This document shows, in pieces, positions 53,778 through 64,000 of a DNA stretch of 64,000 nucleotides. The notes beneath the pieces are model-generated. The model was not told the DNA's origin. It did no database searches and was given only the letters and a program-made list of their open reading frames with translations. This DNA comes from an uncultured Actinomycetes bacterium (GTDB taxonomy: Bacteria; Actinomycetota; Thermoleophilia; UBA2241), in the NCBI GenBank assembly GCA_963755025.1, contig CAVWIH010000034.1:64001-128000 (forward strand), in the 5' to 3' direction. How positions within the stretch are numbered: the stretch's first letter is position 1; each line of letters starts with the position of its first letter. Both the position numbers and the translations under genes were made by a program.

Positions 53778-55465
53778 ATGGACGACCAAGAGTACCGTAG
53801 GGAATATGGCCAGCACCTTGTAGAGCAGGTCATCAACGGCCAGATGACCAGGCGCCAGCTGCTCGTGCGCGCGTCGGTCTTTGGCCTGTCGGCGACCGTC
53901 ATCGGCTCGCTGCTCGCCGCGTGCGGCAGCTCCGGCGGCTCGGCCGCGACGTCGCCTTCGGCGGCCGCCAGCGGCAGCGCCCTTCCGCCCGTCGTCACCG
54001 GCGGCACGTTGAAGGCAGTCATCCCGCCGCCGCTCAAGACCCTCGATCCGGTCACGATCTACGACCAGGGCGGCATCGTCCTCGTCTATCAGGTCGCCGA
54101 GTACCTGATCGACCTTTCCAACACCAACGCTCTCAAGCCCAAGCTCGCCCTCAGCTGGACTCCCAACCAGAAGGGCGACGTCTGGACCTTTGCGCTGCGC
54201 CAGGGCGTCACGTTCAACGACGGCACGCCCTTCGAGGCCGCCGACGTGGTCGCCAGCATCGAGCGCGTGATCAACCCCAAGAGCGGTTCGGGCGCCCTCG
54301 CCGCCCTCGCCGGCATCCTCGCGCCGGGCGGCACCAAGGCCACCGACACGCATACCGTGGTCTTCAACCTCGAAAAGCCGTTCGCCGACTTCCCGTACCT
54401 GGTGAGCTCGTCGTCGTACAACACGGCCATCCTGCCGCGCAACTACGCCGGCAACTTCCAGAAGAAGCCGATCGGCACCGGCCCCTGGATGCTGAAGAGC
54501 TTCGTCACCAACCAGAGCGCCTCGTTCGTCAAGAATCCCACCTACTGGGGCAAAGACGCTCAGGGCCGCCAGCTGCCGTACCTCGACGCGCTCGACTTCG
54601 CGCTCGTCACCGACACCTCGGCCGCCAACCTGCAGCTCCAGTCGGGCACCGTCGACGTCAGCCCCAGACGGTGTTCCAGGGCGGCGCGTCCGTGCTCAGC
54701 GACTCCGCCCTGCGCGTCGACGTCTACCCGTCGAGCGGTATCCGCGAGGTCGCCTTCAACGTCAACAAGACTCCGTGGCAAGACAAGCGGGTCCGTCAGG
54801 CCGTGGCCTACAGCCTCGACCGTAAGGCCATCAACCAGGCCCTCTACGGCGGTCGCAGCAACCTCGGCTACGACACCTTCTGGGATCCCACGGTGTTCCC
54901 CGGCAGCCCGCCCGCGCCCGTGCGCGCTCAGGACTACACCAAGGCCAAGTCGCTGCTCTCCGCCGCCGGTCATCCGAACGGCATCGACGTCACGCTGACC
55001 GTGGCCAACTACCTCGAGAACCCGGCCTACGCGCAGCTCATCCAGGCGCAGTGCAAGCCGGCCGGCATCAACGTCAAGATCAACGAGATCAGCTACAACG
55101 CGATCTACGCCGGCACCAACGCCACCACGCCGTGGCTGAACGCGCCGATGGTCATCGTCGAGTGGGGCAGCCGGCCTACGCCGGGCGTCTACGCTCAGGC
55201 CATGCTGCTCCCGACCAGCGCCTGGAGCTCCTCGCACTGGAACAACCCCGCCTTCGTCAAGGCCTTCAACCAGTACGAGTCGACCACCGACGAAGCCAGC
55301 CGCACCACGCTGGCCACGCAGCTGTCCTCGATCCAGCAGGACGAGACGCCGATCCTCGTGGCCTTCTACATCTCGCAGCTGCGCACACAAAAGAAGAACG
55401 TCTACAACATCCAGGGTCCGGGCTCGTTCTACTTCGACTGCAGCCAGGCCTACATCACCAAGTGA
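53778..55465 (+). CDS. Peptide/nickel-type ABC substrate-binding Tat lipoprotein (apparent frameshift near 54660)
   Basis: TRRQLL Tat motif and LAAC lipobox; LRQGVTFNDG, GTGPW; continues DKRVRQAV in another frame. Confidence 0.85.
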
Positions 55466-55500
55466 CGACCGTAGCAAGAAACTGACGTAGGGGGACCGGG

Positions 55501-56448
55501 ATGGGGCGCCTCATCGGGCGGCGACTGCTGCTCATGGTACCGACGCTTATTCTGGTGTCGATCCTCGTGTTCGCCCTGGCAGAGGTCCTGCCGGGCAACG
55601 TGGGGCGCTTCATCCTCGGTCCCTACGCCACTCAGTCTGCGGTCGACCAGCTCAACCACAGCCTGGGCATGGACAAGCCCATCTACACGCGCTACATCGA
55701 GTGGGCCGGCCACTTCGTCACCGGTCACTGGGGCACTTCGTACCAGTACAATCTGCCGGTCACCTCGATCGTGTGGCACGCGCTGGGCAACTCGTTGCTG
55801 CTCGCCGGATTCGCGCTCGTGATCATCGTGCCTACGTCGATCGCGGTGGGTGTGTTTGCCGGTTTGCGGCGCGACAGCTTCCTCGACCGGGCGATCACCG
55901 TCTCGTCGCTGTCCATGACCGTCATTCCCGAGTTCGTGAGCGGCGTCATTCTCATCGTGGTGTTCGCCGTCACCCTGCACTGGCTGCCGGTCACGGCCGT
56001 GCCGCCGCAGGGGTCGCCCTTCATCGACCGCTTCTACTACCTCATCCTGCCGGCCATCCCGCTCATGCTGATCGAGCTCGGCTATATCGCGCGCATGGCT
56101 CGCGTGGGCACCGTGCAGGTGCTCAACATGCCCTACATCCGCACCGCCGTGCTCAAGGGCCTGCCCAAGCGTCGCGTCGTCTTCGGCCACGTCCTGCGCA
56201 ACGCCCTGGTGCCGACCGTCACCGTGATCGGCAGTCAGGTCGGCTGGCTGATCGGCGGTCTCGTCGTGATCGAGTTTCTGTTCAACTACCCGGGCATCGG
56301 CAACTACATGGTCAATGCGGCCCTCAACCACGACCTGCCGCTGCTCGAAGCCAGCGTCCTGGTCATCGCGCTGATCTACCTGTTCTCCAACCTCATCGCC
56401 GACATCGTGGTGGCGCTGCTCAACCCGCGCATCCGCATGGGGGGCTGA
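55501..56448 (+). CDS. DppB-like ABC permease
   Basis: YIRTAVLKGL...HVLRNAL, IEFLFNYPGIG. Confidence 0.92.
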   Translation: MGRLIGRRLLLMVPTLILVSILVFALAEVLPGNVGRFILGPYATQSAVDQLNHSLGMDKPIYTRYIEWAGHFVTGHWGTSYQYNLPVTSIVWHALGNSLLLAGFALVIIVPTSIAVGVFAGLRRDSFLDRAITVSSLSMTVIPEFVSGVILIVVFAVTLHWLPVTAVPPQGSPFIDRFYYLILPAIPLMLIELGYIARMARVGTVQVLNMPYIRTAVLKGLPKRRVVFGHVLRNALVPTVTVIGSQVGWLIGGLVVIEFLFNYPGIGNYMVNAALNHDLPLLEASVLVIALIYLFSNLIADIVVALLNPRIRMGG

Positions 56449-56449
56449 G

Positions 56450-57343
56450 GTGGCGGCCACCAGCCCCGACCGCCAGTTAGACGAGCTGCAGGCCGACGCC
56501 GCCGCGTCGGCCGAATCGCGCCGTCAACGCCGTTACCTCGTCAAGGCGCTGCTGCGTAGTCCCACGTTCGTCACGGGCTGCCTGATCGTGCTCTTCTGGA
56601 TCGTCATGGGCGTTTTTTCGACCATGTTCACCCAGGCTCCCGCGCTGCCGCACCCGTTCGCCATTCTGCAGTCGCCCAGCGGCTCGCACTGGTTCGGCAC
56701 CGACGACCTCGGGCGCGACGTCTTCGCCCGTACCATGGCCGGCGCCCGCACGGTGCTCATCATCGCGCCGCCCGCCACTATCCTCGCCTTGCTGTGGGGC
56801 GGCACCGTCGGCCTCATCGCCGGCTTCCACCGCGGCCTGCTCGACGACGTCATGATGCGCATCGTCGACGCCTTCCTGGCGCTGCCGATCGTGATCACCT
56901 CGATCCTCGTCATCACGCTGCTCGGCAGGTCGTACGCCGTGCTCATCCTCGTCATCGGGGCGCTGTTCACGCCGGTGGTCTCGCGTACCATCCGCTCGGC
57001 GGTCATCGGCGAGCGCGAGCGCGAATACGTCATGGCGGCGCGTCTGCGCGGCGAGCGCTCGGCGTTCATCATGGCGCGCGAGATCCTGCCCAACATCACG
57101 CAGCCGATCATCGTCGAGGGCACCGTGCGCCTGGGCTACGCCGTGTTCACCGTCGCCACGCTGTCGTTCCTCGGCTTCGGGCTCGAACCGCCCTCGCCCG
57201 ACTGGGGCCTCACCGTCGCCGTCGAGCGGGCCAACCTGCAGGCGGCGCCGTGGACGGTGTTGTTTCCGGCGATCGCCCTGGCCACGCTGGTCGTGGGCGT
57301 GAACCTCGTGGCCGACGGCCTGAGCTCGGTGTTCTCCAAATGA
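56450..57343 (+). CDS. DppC-like ABC permease
   Basis: HWFGTDDLGRD, EYVMAARLRG, LSFLGFG..PPSPDWG. Confidence 0.92.
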   Translation: MAATSPDRQLDELQADAAASAESRRQRRYLVKALLRSPTFVTGCLIVLFWIVMGVFSTMFTQAPALPHPFAILQSPSGSHWFGTDDLGRDVFARTMAGARTVLIIAPPATILALLWGGTVGLIAGFHRGLLDDVMMRIVDAFLALPIVITSILVITLLGRSYAVLILVIGALFTPVVSRTIRSAVIGEREREYVMAARLRGERSAFIMAREILPNITQPIIVEGTVRLGYAVFTVATLSFLGFGLEPPSPDWGLTVAVERANLQAAPWTVLFPAIALATLVVGVNLVADGLSSVFSK

Positions 57344-59538
57344 GCGTCATCGAGCGCAACGATAGCCCCCAGGGCCCGACGCCGTCGGCGCTCGACGTTC
57401 AGGACCTCGAAGTCACGTTCCATCGCCGTGGCCGCGACCTGCCGGTGTTGCGCGGCGTCACGCTGCACATCAAGCCGGGCGAGGCCTACGGCCTGGTCGG
57501 CGAGTCGGGCTGCGGCAAGACCACGTTGGCCATGGCGGCCCTGCGCTACCTGGCGGCCAACGGCACGGTCGACGCCGGCAAGGTGTCGGTCGAGGGCCGC
57601 GACGTAAGCACGCTCTCAGACGAAGCGCTGCGCCAGTGGCGCGGCGAGGCCGTCTCCATGGTCTATCAAGATCCGGCCACGGCGCTCAGCCCCGCCATGC
57701 GCGTCGGCGACCAGGTCGCCGAGGTCTTCCGCTACCACGAGGGCCTGCCCAAGGAAGAAGCGCTCTAGTACGTGCCAGGGAGAGCTTGCGCAAGGTCGCG
57801 TTGCCCGACCCCGACGCCACCATGCGCCGCTATCCGTTCGAGCTCTCGGGCGGCCAGCAGCAGCGCGTGGTGATCGCCATGGCGCTGGCCGTGAACCCGC
57901 ATCTGCTGGTGCTCGACGAGCCCACCACGGGGCTCGACGCCACGGTCGAGGCCGAGATCCTCGATCTCATCGAAGAGCTGCGCGGCCGCATTCACGCCGC
58001 CATCCTGCTGATCACCCACAACCTGGGCCTGGTGGCGCGCCTCTGCGAGCGCGTCGGCGTGCTCTACGCCGGGCGCCTTGTCGAAGAAGGCCCGGCGCGC
58101 GAGATCTTCACCGACCCACGCCACCCCTACACCATGGGGCTGCTGCGCTGCGTGCCCAAGTTCGGCATGAACAAGACCGACGCCGCGCTGCAGACCATTC
58201 CCGGTACGCTGCCGGCGCTGGGCGAGCCGCTCGACGGCTGCGTGTACTCCGCCCGCTGCCCGGTGGCCAAGCCGGTCTGCACCAGGCGTGAGCCCGACCT
58301 TTACGCCTGGCCGAGCGACGCCCCGGCGCAGGGGCGCGCGTGGGCCGAATCGCAGCCGCCCGACCCCGCGATGTTCTCGCCGCATCACGCCAACCCGGTG
58401 GGCGAAGCCGCCCGTCACTCGCGCTGTTACTTCGCCGCCGAGGTGGCCGACATGCCGCACGGCACGCCCGTGCTGGCCACGAGCCTCGAAGCCCGGGTCG
58501 GCGACGTGGGCGACGTGCTCGACATCGCGTCGATGCGCCGCACCTTCAGAGACGGCAGCAAGAAGCTGACGGCCGTGAGCGACGTCTCGCTGAGCCTGCG
58601 CCGCGGCGAGACCTTCGGTCTCGTCGGCGAGTCGGGCAGCGGCAAGACGACACTCGCCAAGTGCATCACCGGTCTCATCGCCGCCGACTCGGGCACGGTC
58701 GTCTTCGAGGGCAAGCAACTGCGCGCCACCGCGGGGCGCCGCTCGCAAGAGGCGCTGCGCGCCATCCAGATGGTCTTCCAGAACCCCGACTCCACGCTCA
58801 ACCCAGCCTGGAGCACGCGCGCCATCCTCACGCGCGCGGTGCGCAAGCTGGGCGGCGGCGGCGGGGTGCGCGCCAAGGTCGACAAGCTTTCGGCCGACGT
58901 GCGGGTCGAGCCGCGCTTTCTGGCGCAAAAGCCGACCGACCTTTCGGGCGGCCAGAAGCAGCGCATCGCCATCGCCCGCGCCTTCGCCGGCGACCCCACC
59001 CTCGTGGTGTGCGACGAGCCCGCCTCGGCGCTCGACGTGTCGGTGCAGGCGAGCATCCTCAACCTGCTGGTCGAGCTGCAGACCAAAGAGCAGGTCTCGT
59101 ATGTCTTCATCTCGCACGACCTGGCGGTGGTGCGCTACATCTCCGACCGCATCGGCGTCATGTACCTGGCCCAGCTCATCGAGGTGGGCTCCGCCGACGA
59201 GGTCTTCAACGCCGCCGCACCACCCCTACACAGAGGCGCTGCTCTCGTCCATTCCCAAGCTCGAGTTCGGCACCGAACGACAGCGCATCGCGCTGCGCGG
59301 CTCCATGCCCAGCCTGAGCGAGCCGCCCAGCGGCTGCCGTTTTCACACTCGCTGCCACCGGTTCCTCGGCGACATCTGCGTGCAGCACGACCCGCCCCTG
59401 CAAGAGCCGGCCAGCGGCCACACCTATAAGTGCCACATTCCGCCCGACGAGCTCCTGGCCGCCCAGCTTGCGACCGCGGGCGAATCGGCGGGCGCTGCGG
59501 GCGAACCGGCCCAGCGCAGCGAGTCCAGCGACTCGTAG
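57340..59538 (+). CDS. Fused DppD/DppF double ABC ATPase (apparent frameshifts near 57768 and 59215)
   Basis: Two GESG.GKT Walker A motifs, two LSGGQ signatures and two HPYT..LL oligopeptide tails, spread over three frames. Confidence 0.85.
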
Positions 59539-59651
59539 CGCGCAGCCGTCCGGTCACGGGCGATCGACTTCGGCTGGTCTGTGGGCACACCTCGAACCCC
59601 GCCCACTCTGAGCGCAACGGCACCGGCGCAGGTGGGGCGACGTTGAGCCGG

Positions 59652-60686
59652 CTACTCCTTCTCGACCTCGCCCTGCGGGTCGATGAGCGCGGCCAGTCCC
59701 TCGATCACCGCGACGCCGTCGTCGACGACGACAGCGTCGGCGTTGCGCGCGATGGGGGCGCGATCATCTGAGTTGATCGCGGCGATGAAGGCGGCGCGCT
59801 CTATGCCCCAGTGCAGGGCCGGCGCGCCCGACGCCCCGACCACAAGGCAGACCGCCGGCGCCGTGCGCGTGCCCGAGGCACCGACGAGCCGGTCCGCCGG
59901 CGCCCAGGCGTTCATCACCACAGGGCGGCTGACGCCGAAGTCGGCTCCCATGCGCTGGGCGGCGCGCGCGATGCGGGCGACGCCGTCGGGACCGCCGGCC
60001 CCGTACCCCGCGACCACCACGAACCGGCTGTCGGCGAGACCGCCGGCCGGCGGCCCCGCCACCAGCTCGACGTCGGTCATCGGGGCGGGCCCGGCGTCGC
60101 CGGGGCCGGCAGCGTCGGACACGACGTGGTGAGCCGGCGTGGGGAGCGGGCGAGCGTCGTTCCACGAGGCGTCGAGCGCCACGCACCACGGCCGGCGCGA
60201 GAGCTCGAAGCGCCCTGCCATGTGGTTGGAGTAGACGTTGGCGCGCGCCCAGAGGCGCGCGCCGCCGAGCACGCCGGTGAGCTCCGCGTCGAGCACGCCG
60301 GTGAGCACGGCGCCGTCGCTGCCGCAGGCGAGGCGCGTGAGCACCTCGGCGCCCCAGGGCCCCGCCGGCGCCAGGAACAGCTCGGTCTCGCCGCCCCGGG
60401 CCGCCGCCAGAAGGCTCGCAGCCGCGAGGTCGGGGCGGCGCGGCGGCACGCGCACGAGCCGCACGTCGCGGGTGGGCGCCAGGGCGACCAGCTCCTGCGC
60501 CTCGCAGTCGTCGGTCACGAAGATGACGGTCTCGCCGACGAGGCCCTCGCCTGCGCTGCCCTCGGCCGTGACGTGCGCGCCCGTGGGGCCGCCGGCCGTC
60601 AGGCCGCCGGCCAGGAAGGCGGCCAGCGCGCGCGCCTGACGCGACGCGCTGGCGGTCGTGCCGTCGATGAGGGCGGCGAACCTCAC
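59652..60686 (-). CDS. Electron transfer flavoprotein alpha subunit (YgcQ/FixB-like)
   Basis: GVSRPVV, VGASG...AP, GASGAPA, AINSD..API. Confidence 0.85.
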   Translation of the reverse strand: MRFAALIDGTTASASRQARALAAFLAGGLTAGGPTGAHVTAEGSAGEGLVGETVIFVTDDCEAQELVALAPTRDVRLVRVPPRRPDLAAASLLAAARGGETELFLAPAGPWGAEVLTRLACGSDGAVLTGVLDAELTGVLGGARLWARANVYSNHMAGRFELSRRPWCVALDASWNDARPLPTPAHHVVSDAAGPGDAGPAPMTDVELVAGPPAGGLADSRFVVVAGYGAGGPDGVARIARAAQRMGADFGVSRPVVMNAWAPADRLVGASGTRTAPAVCLVVGASGAPALHWGIERAAFIAAINSDDRAPIARNADAVVVDDGVAVIEGLAALIDPQGEVEKE

Positions 60687-61771
60687 AGCGCCTCGAGGAG
60701 CACGCGCAGGTGGCTGTCGTACAGGGCTCGCGCCTTGTCGCGCGGTCCGGCGCCGTCGACGACGGCGCCGGACCGCGCGCGGTCGATCACCTCGAGGTTG
60801 CGCAGGGCGGTGGGCTCGCGGTGCAGTCCCGCGGCCACGTCGACCCCCAGCTCGGCCGGCGCGACGATCTCGGCGGGGCTGTCGCGGCGCGCGAGGCGGT
60901 CGCGCAGGGTCGGCACGCGCAGGCGCGACACGATCGCGTTGCCGACGGCCAGCACCACGGGGCCGCGCACCGTGAGGCGCAGCAGTCCCTCGTCGGTCGT
61001 GCAGGCCACGCGCAGGCCGCCGCCGGCCAGCGGTTCGAGCTCGGTGACCTGGCTGAGGCAGGGCCGGCCGAGCGCCGCGGCCACGCGGAACGGTACCGTG
61101 CCGCCGTCGCCCGGCCCGCTACGGCAGCCCAGCAGCAGAACGTCGCAGGGCTCGCGCCGCGCCACATAGCTCGCGATCAGCGACGCCACGACGGCGGGGG
61201 CAAAATCGAGGTCGGGCTCGACGTCGAGTCTGGCGGCGCGCTCGTAGCCCAGCGCGAGCAAGGTGGTGAGGTGCGGCTCGACCTCGCGCCCGCCGACCGA
61301 CAGCGCGGCAAGGCTCGCGCTGCCGCCGCGTTGCGCGACGGTATCGCGCAGGCGCAGCGCCAGCTCGAGGGCGCTTTCATCGAAGCAGTTGAGTACGCGG
61401 CGCACGTAGCGCGTCGGCACGCGCGGCGCGGCCTCGTCGGCGGCCGAGACCCCGCCGCCCGGCCTCGCGGCCTCGTCGGCGGCCGAGACCCCGCCGTTCA
61501 GCCTCGCGGCGGCGTCGGCCGGCGCCCCGCCGCCTGGCCCTCCGGCCGCGCCGGCGGCCCAGTCGGCGGGGCGCAGCGCCTCGAAGTCGGGGGTCACCTC
61601 GAACGACACGAGCACCCGCAGGGCGCCCGGCGAGCCGGGAGCGCGCGCGTCGCCGGCGCCGTTCGCCGAGCCGGGAGCGCGCGTGTCGCCGGCGCCGCTC
61701 ACCGCAGCGGGAACGTCACCGGGCGTGGAGCGGCCCTCACCACCGCGGGAGCGCCGTCGTGTCGGGCGCAC
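60683..61771 (-). CDS. Electron transfer flavoprotein beta subunit (YgcR/FixA-like) with repeat-expanded N-terminus
   Basis: LNCFDESALELALRL, LALG, LLLG.RS..GD.G.VP...A..LG.P. Confidence 0.8.
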   Translation of the reverse strand: MRPTRRRSRGGEGRSTPGDVPAAVSGAGDTRAPGSANGAGDARAPGSPGALRVLVSFEVTPDFEALRPADWAAGAAGGPGGGAPADAAARLNGGVSAADEAARPGGGVSAADEAAPRVPTRYVRRVLNCFDESALELALRLRDTVAQRGGSASLAALSVGGREVEPHLTTLLALGYERAARLDVEPDLDFAPAVVASLIASYVARREPCDVLLLGCRSGPGDGGTVPFRVAAALGRPCLSQVTELEPLAGGGLRVACTTDEGLLRLTVRGPVVLAVGNAIVSRLRVPTLRDRLARRDSPAEIVAPAELGVDVAAGLHREPTALRNLEVIDRARSGAVVDGAGPRDKARALYDSHLRVLLEAL

Positions 61772-61774
61772 CGC

Positions 61775-63217
61775 TCACCGCGGAAAGATCGTCCCCACGT
61801 TCATGATGCCCTTGGGGTCGAACGCCGTCTTGAGCGTCTCGAGGATGTAGTAAGAGGAGCCGTATTCGTCTTTGACCCAGGGCGCCCGCGCCTTGCCCAT
61901 GCCGTGGTGGTGCACGATGGAGCCGCCGCGCTTGAGGGTCTCTTCGCAGATGATGCTGATGATCGGCAGGTAGTAGGCGGCGGTCTCCTCTTCGGGGCCC
62001 ACGCCGACCACGTTGAAAAAGTAGTTGAAGTACATGTTGGTGCCGTTGATGTAGCTGTGCGAGGAGTGCCCGCCCATCATGGTGATGTCGGGGATCTCGG
62101 CGATGATGCGCGCCCGCGCCGCCTGGTAGATGTCGTTGATCGAGCCCCAGTCGGCGGAGATCTCAGTGGTGCGGTTCACGTTGCGCGTCTGGCGGATGCG
62201 CTCGTCTTCGGCGGTGATCTTGCTCGCGTCCCAGCAGAGGTCGTTGAACCAGGTCTCGATGTAGGCGCTGTCGACCGGCGTGCACTCGGGGTGGCGCGCG
62301 ACGATCGCGGCGATGCCCTCGGCCGTCGCCTTGGCGATGCCGGCGGGGCCTTCGGCCATGAAGAGCAGCACGCAGTCGTCGGGAGCGGCGAAGTGGGCGA
62401 AGTGGATGCCGGCGTCGCCCGGGTCGTAGACCCGCGCCACCGACGGCTTGTAGCCGTTGACCATGACGTCGCGCAGCGCCTCGAAGCCGACCTTCATGTC
62501 TTTGAGCGTCCAGCCGAGGAAGGCGTTGTTCTCGGGGAAGTACGGGAAGAGCTTCACCGTGACCTCGGTGATGAAGCACAGGGCGCCCTCGTTGCCGATG
62601 ACGACGTGGCGGATGTCGGGCCCCGCGGCGCGGCGCGGCACGTTCTTGATGCGCGTCACCTGACCGTTGGGGAACACCGCTTCGAGGCCGACGACCATGT
62701 CTTCGATGCCGCCGTAGAGCGTGGAGAACTGGCCGATGCTGCGCGTCGCCACGAGCCCGCCCAGGTGGGCCACGGGCTTTGACTGCGGCGAGTGGCCCGT
62801 GGTGAGCCCGAGCTCGCGCACGCGGTCTTCGAGGGCCTGCAGCGGGACGCCGCACTGGCAGGTGGCCTGCATGTTGTAGGCGTCGATGCTGACGATCTCG
62901 TTCATGGCCGAGCCGTCGATGATGATCGAGTCGGGCACGGCGCTCTCGAGGCCGCCCTCCGTGGCCGTGCCGCCGGTGCGTGGGATGACGTTGACGCCGT
63001 GCTCGGCGGCGAAGCGCAGGATGGCGGCGACCTGCTCGGCGCTGCGCACCATGGCGATCGCCGCCGGCACCGGCATCGTGTGCGCGTCGAAGATGTTCTG
63101 CAGCTTGCGGAAGTTGTCGACGCTGCTCTGCACGAGGATCTTCTCGTCGGTCACGACGTCGGCGGGCGCGACGATGCGCCGCAGGCCCTCGACGATGCCC
63201 TCTCTGCTCAGGTCCAT
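61775..63217 (-). CDS. FAD-linked oxidase, alkyl-DHAP-synthase/YgcU-like
   Basis: GHSPQSKP, ATRSIGQFSTLYG.IEDMV, PRRAAGPDIRH, GHSSHSY.NGTNMYF and HHHG match E. coli YgcU as recalled from memory. Confidence 0.88.
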   Translation of the reverse strand: MDLSREGIVEGLRRIVAPADVVTDEKILVQSSVDNFRKLQNIFDAHTMPVPAAIAMVRSAEQVAAILRFAAEHGVNVIPRTGGTATEGGLESAVPDSIIIDGSAMNEIVSIDAYNMQATCQCGVPLQALEDRVRELGLTTGHSPQSKPVAHLGGLVATRSIGQFSTLYGGIEDMVVGLEAVFPNGQVTRIKNVPRRAAGPDIRHVVIGNEGALCFITEVTVKLFPYFPENNAFLGWTLKDMKVGFEALRDVMVNGYKPSVARVYDPGDAGIHFAHFAAPDDCVLLFMAEGPAGIAKATAEGIAAIVARHPECTPVDSAYIETWFNDLCWDASKITAEDERIRQTRNVNRTTEISADWGSINDIYQAARARIIAEIPDITMMGGHSSHSYINGTNMYFNYFFNVVGVGPEEETAAYYLPIISIICEETLKRGGSIVHHHGMGKARAPWVKDEYGSSYYILETLKTAFDPKGIMNVGTIFPR

Positions 63218-63287
63218 GGTGGCGATCCTTTGTCTACTGTCGTTTGCGTGTCGGACTGTACGGCCGGGCCGGGCGCTGACGCCTTCG

Positions 63288-64000
63288 TCAGTGAAAGATC
63301 GGATAGGAGCGTTCGAGGATGCCGTCGGTGGCCGTGCCGATGCTCTGATAGACGGTCTTGTTCATGCGCTGGTAGACGTCGGCGTTGGCGGGGCGCGGCG
63401 CGAACGATTCGCGCGCCTTGGTCATGCGCGCCACGGCCGTGTCGAAGTCGGGGTAGACGCCGGTGGCGACCGCCGCGCAGATGGCGGCGCCGAGGCTCGC
63501 CCCGCCGCTCGCCACACAGCGCGACGAGGGGATGCCGAAGACGTCGGCGAAGATGCTCATGAACAGGTCGCTGGCGGCGCCGCCGCCCGAGACGGCGATG
63601 CTCTCGAGCGTGATGCCGAGCTCGTCGCACATGGCGTCGACCTTGTTCTTCATGGTGAGGGCGATGGCTTCGAGGATCGAGCGGTAGACGTGGCCCCTGG
63701 TGTGGCGCGCGTCGAAGCCGATCATGACGCCCTTGCGGAAGGGCTTGTCGTCGGGCGCCAGCCAGTCGAGCACGGTCATGAGGCCGTCGCTGCCCGGCGC
63801 CACGAGCTGCGCCTCGCGTTCGAGGTAGAGCTCACGCGAGATGCCGGCGTTGGCGGCGGCCTGGGCGAACTCTTCGCCCAGCAGGTCGAGGAACCAGGTG
63901 ATCGTCCACATGCCGCGCCGTATGCCGTGGCTCTCGTAGAGGTACTTGTGCGGCGCGCAGGCGAAGTTCGTCCAGAACTCGGTGGGCGTCTTCACGTTGT
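63288..64000 (-). CDS. FGGY sugar kinase (YgcE-like), 5' part outside the window
   Basis: GIRRGMWT..W, GSDGLMTVLDWL, YRSILEAIA, SGGG..SDLFM.IFADVF, LGAAI.AAV. Confidence 0.82.
   Translation of the reverse strand, partial: NVKTPTEFWTNFACAPHKYLYESHGIRRGMWTITWFLDLLGEEFAQAAANAGISRELYLEREAQLVAPGSDGLMTVLDWLAPDDKPFRKGVMIGFDARHTRGHVYRSILEAIALTMKNKVDAMCDELGITLESIAVSGGGAASDLFMSIFADVFGIPSSRCVASGGASLGAAICAAVATGVYPDFDTAVARMTKARESFAPRPANADVYQRMNKTVYQSIGTATDGILERSYPIFH

Overview
Very GC-rich bacterial chromosome segment, most consistent with a deep-branching Actinomycetota such as Thermoleophilia (inferred from gene style and content; no database check was possible). Bases 1-21.7 kb are a core-like block: LCP-type envelope proteins, a small sortase-type substrate, an O-antigen-ligase/TPR protein, ugd-manC-manB-pgi/pmi, a degenerate nucleoside-phosphorylase-like gene, ahcY, mtnA, a second manC-like gene, then comF-hpf-secA, an intact IS481-family element and prfB with its programmed +1 frameshift. 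The rest is accessory: a TetR/Pip/ABC unit, tRNA-Val(GAC), an orphan DHH-phosphoesterase + mevalonate-kinase-like pair, deaminase/aldolase genes, MMPL + two-component system, MarR/ABC exporters, a TetR-linked FAD oxidoreductase and peptide-type ABC importer, and a ygcE/ygcU/ETF-like cluster. About eight single-base frameshifts in unrelated genes look like long-read indel errors. The most striking observation is a free-standing ~160-nt non-coding element at 42055-42214, with a candidate promoter and a terminator. It reproduces 16S rRNA helix 16 almost verbatim, followed by shortened h17- and h18-like stems and an h3-like closure. This resembles a miniature mimic of the uS4-binding junction, yet no ribosomal-protein gene is nearby.
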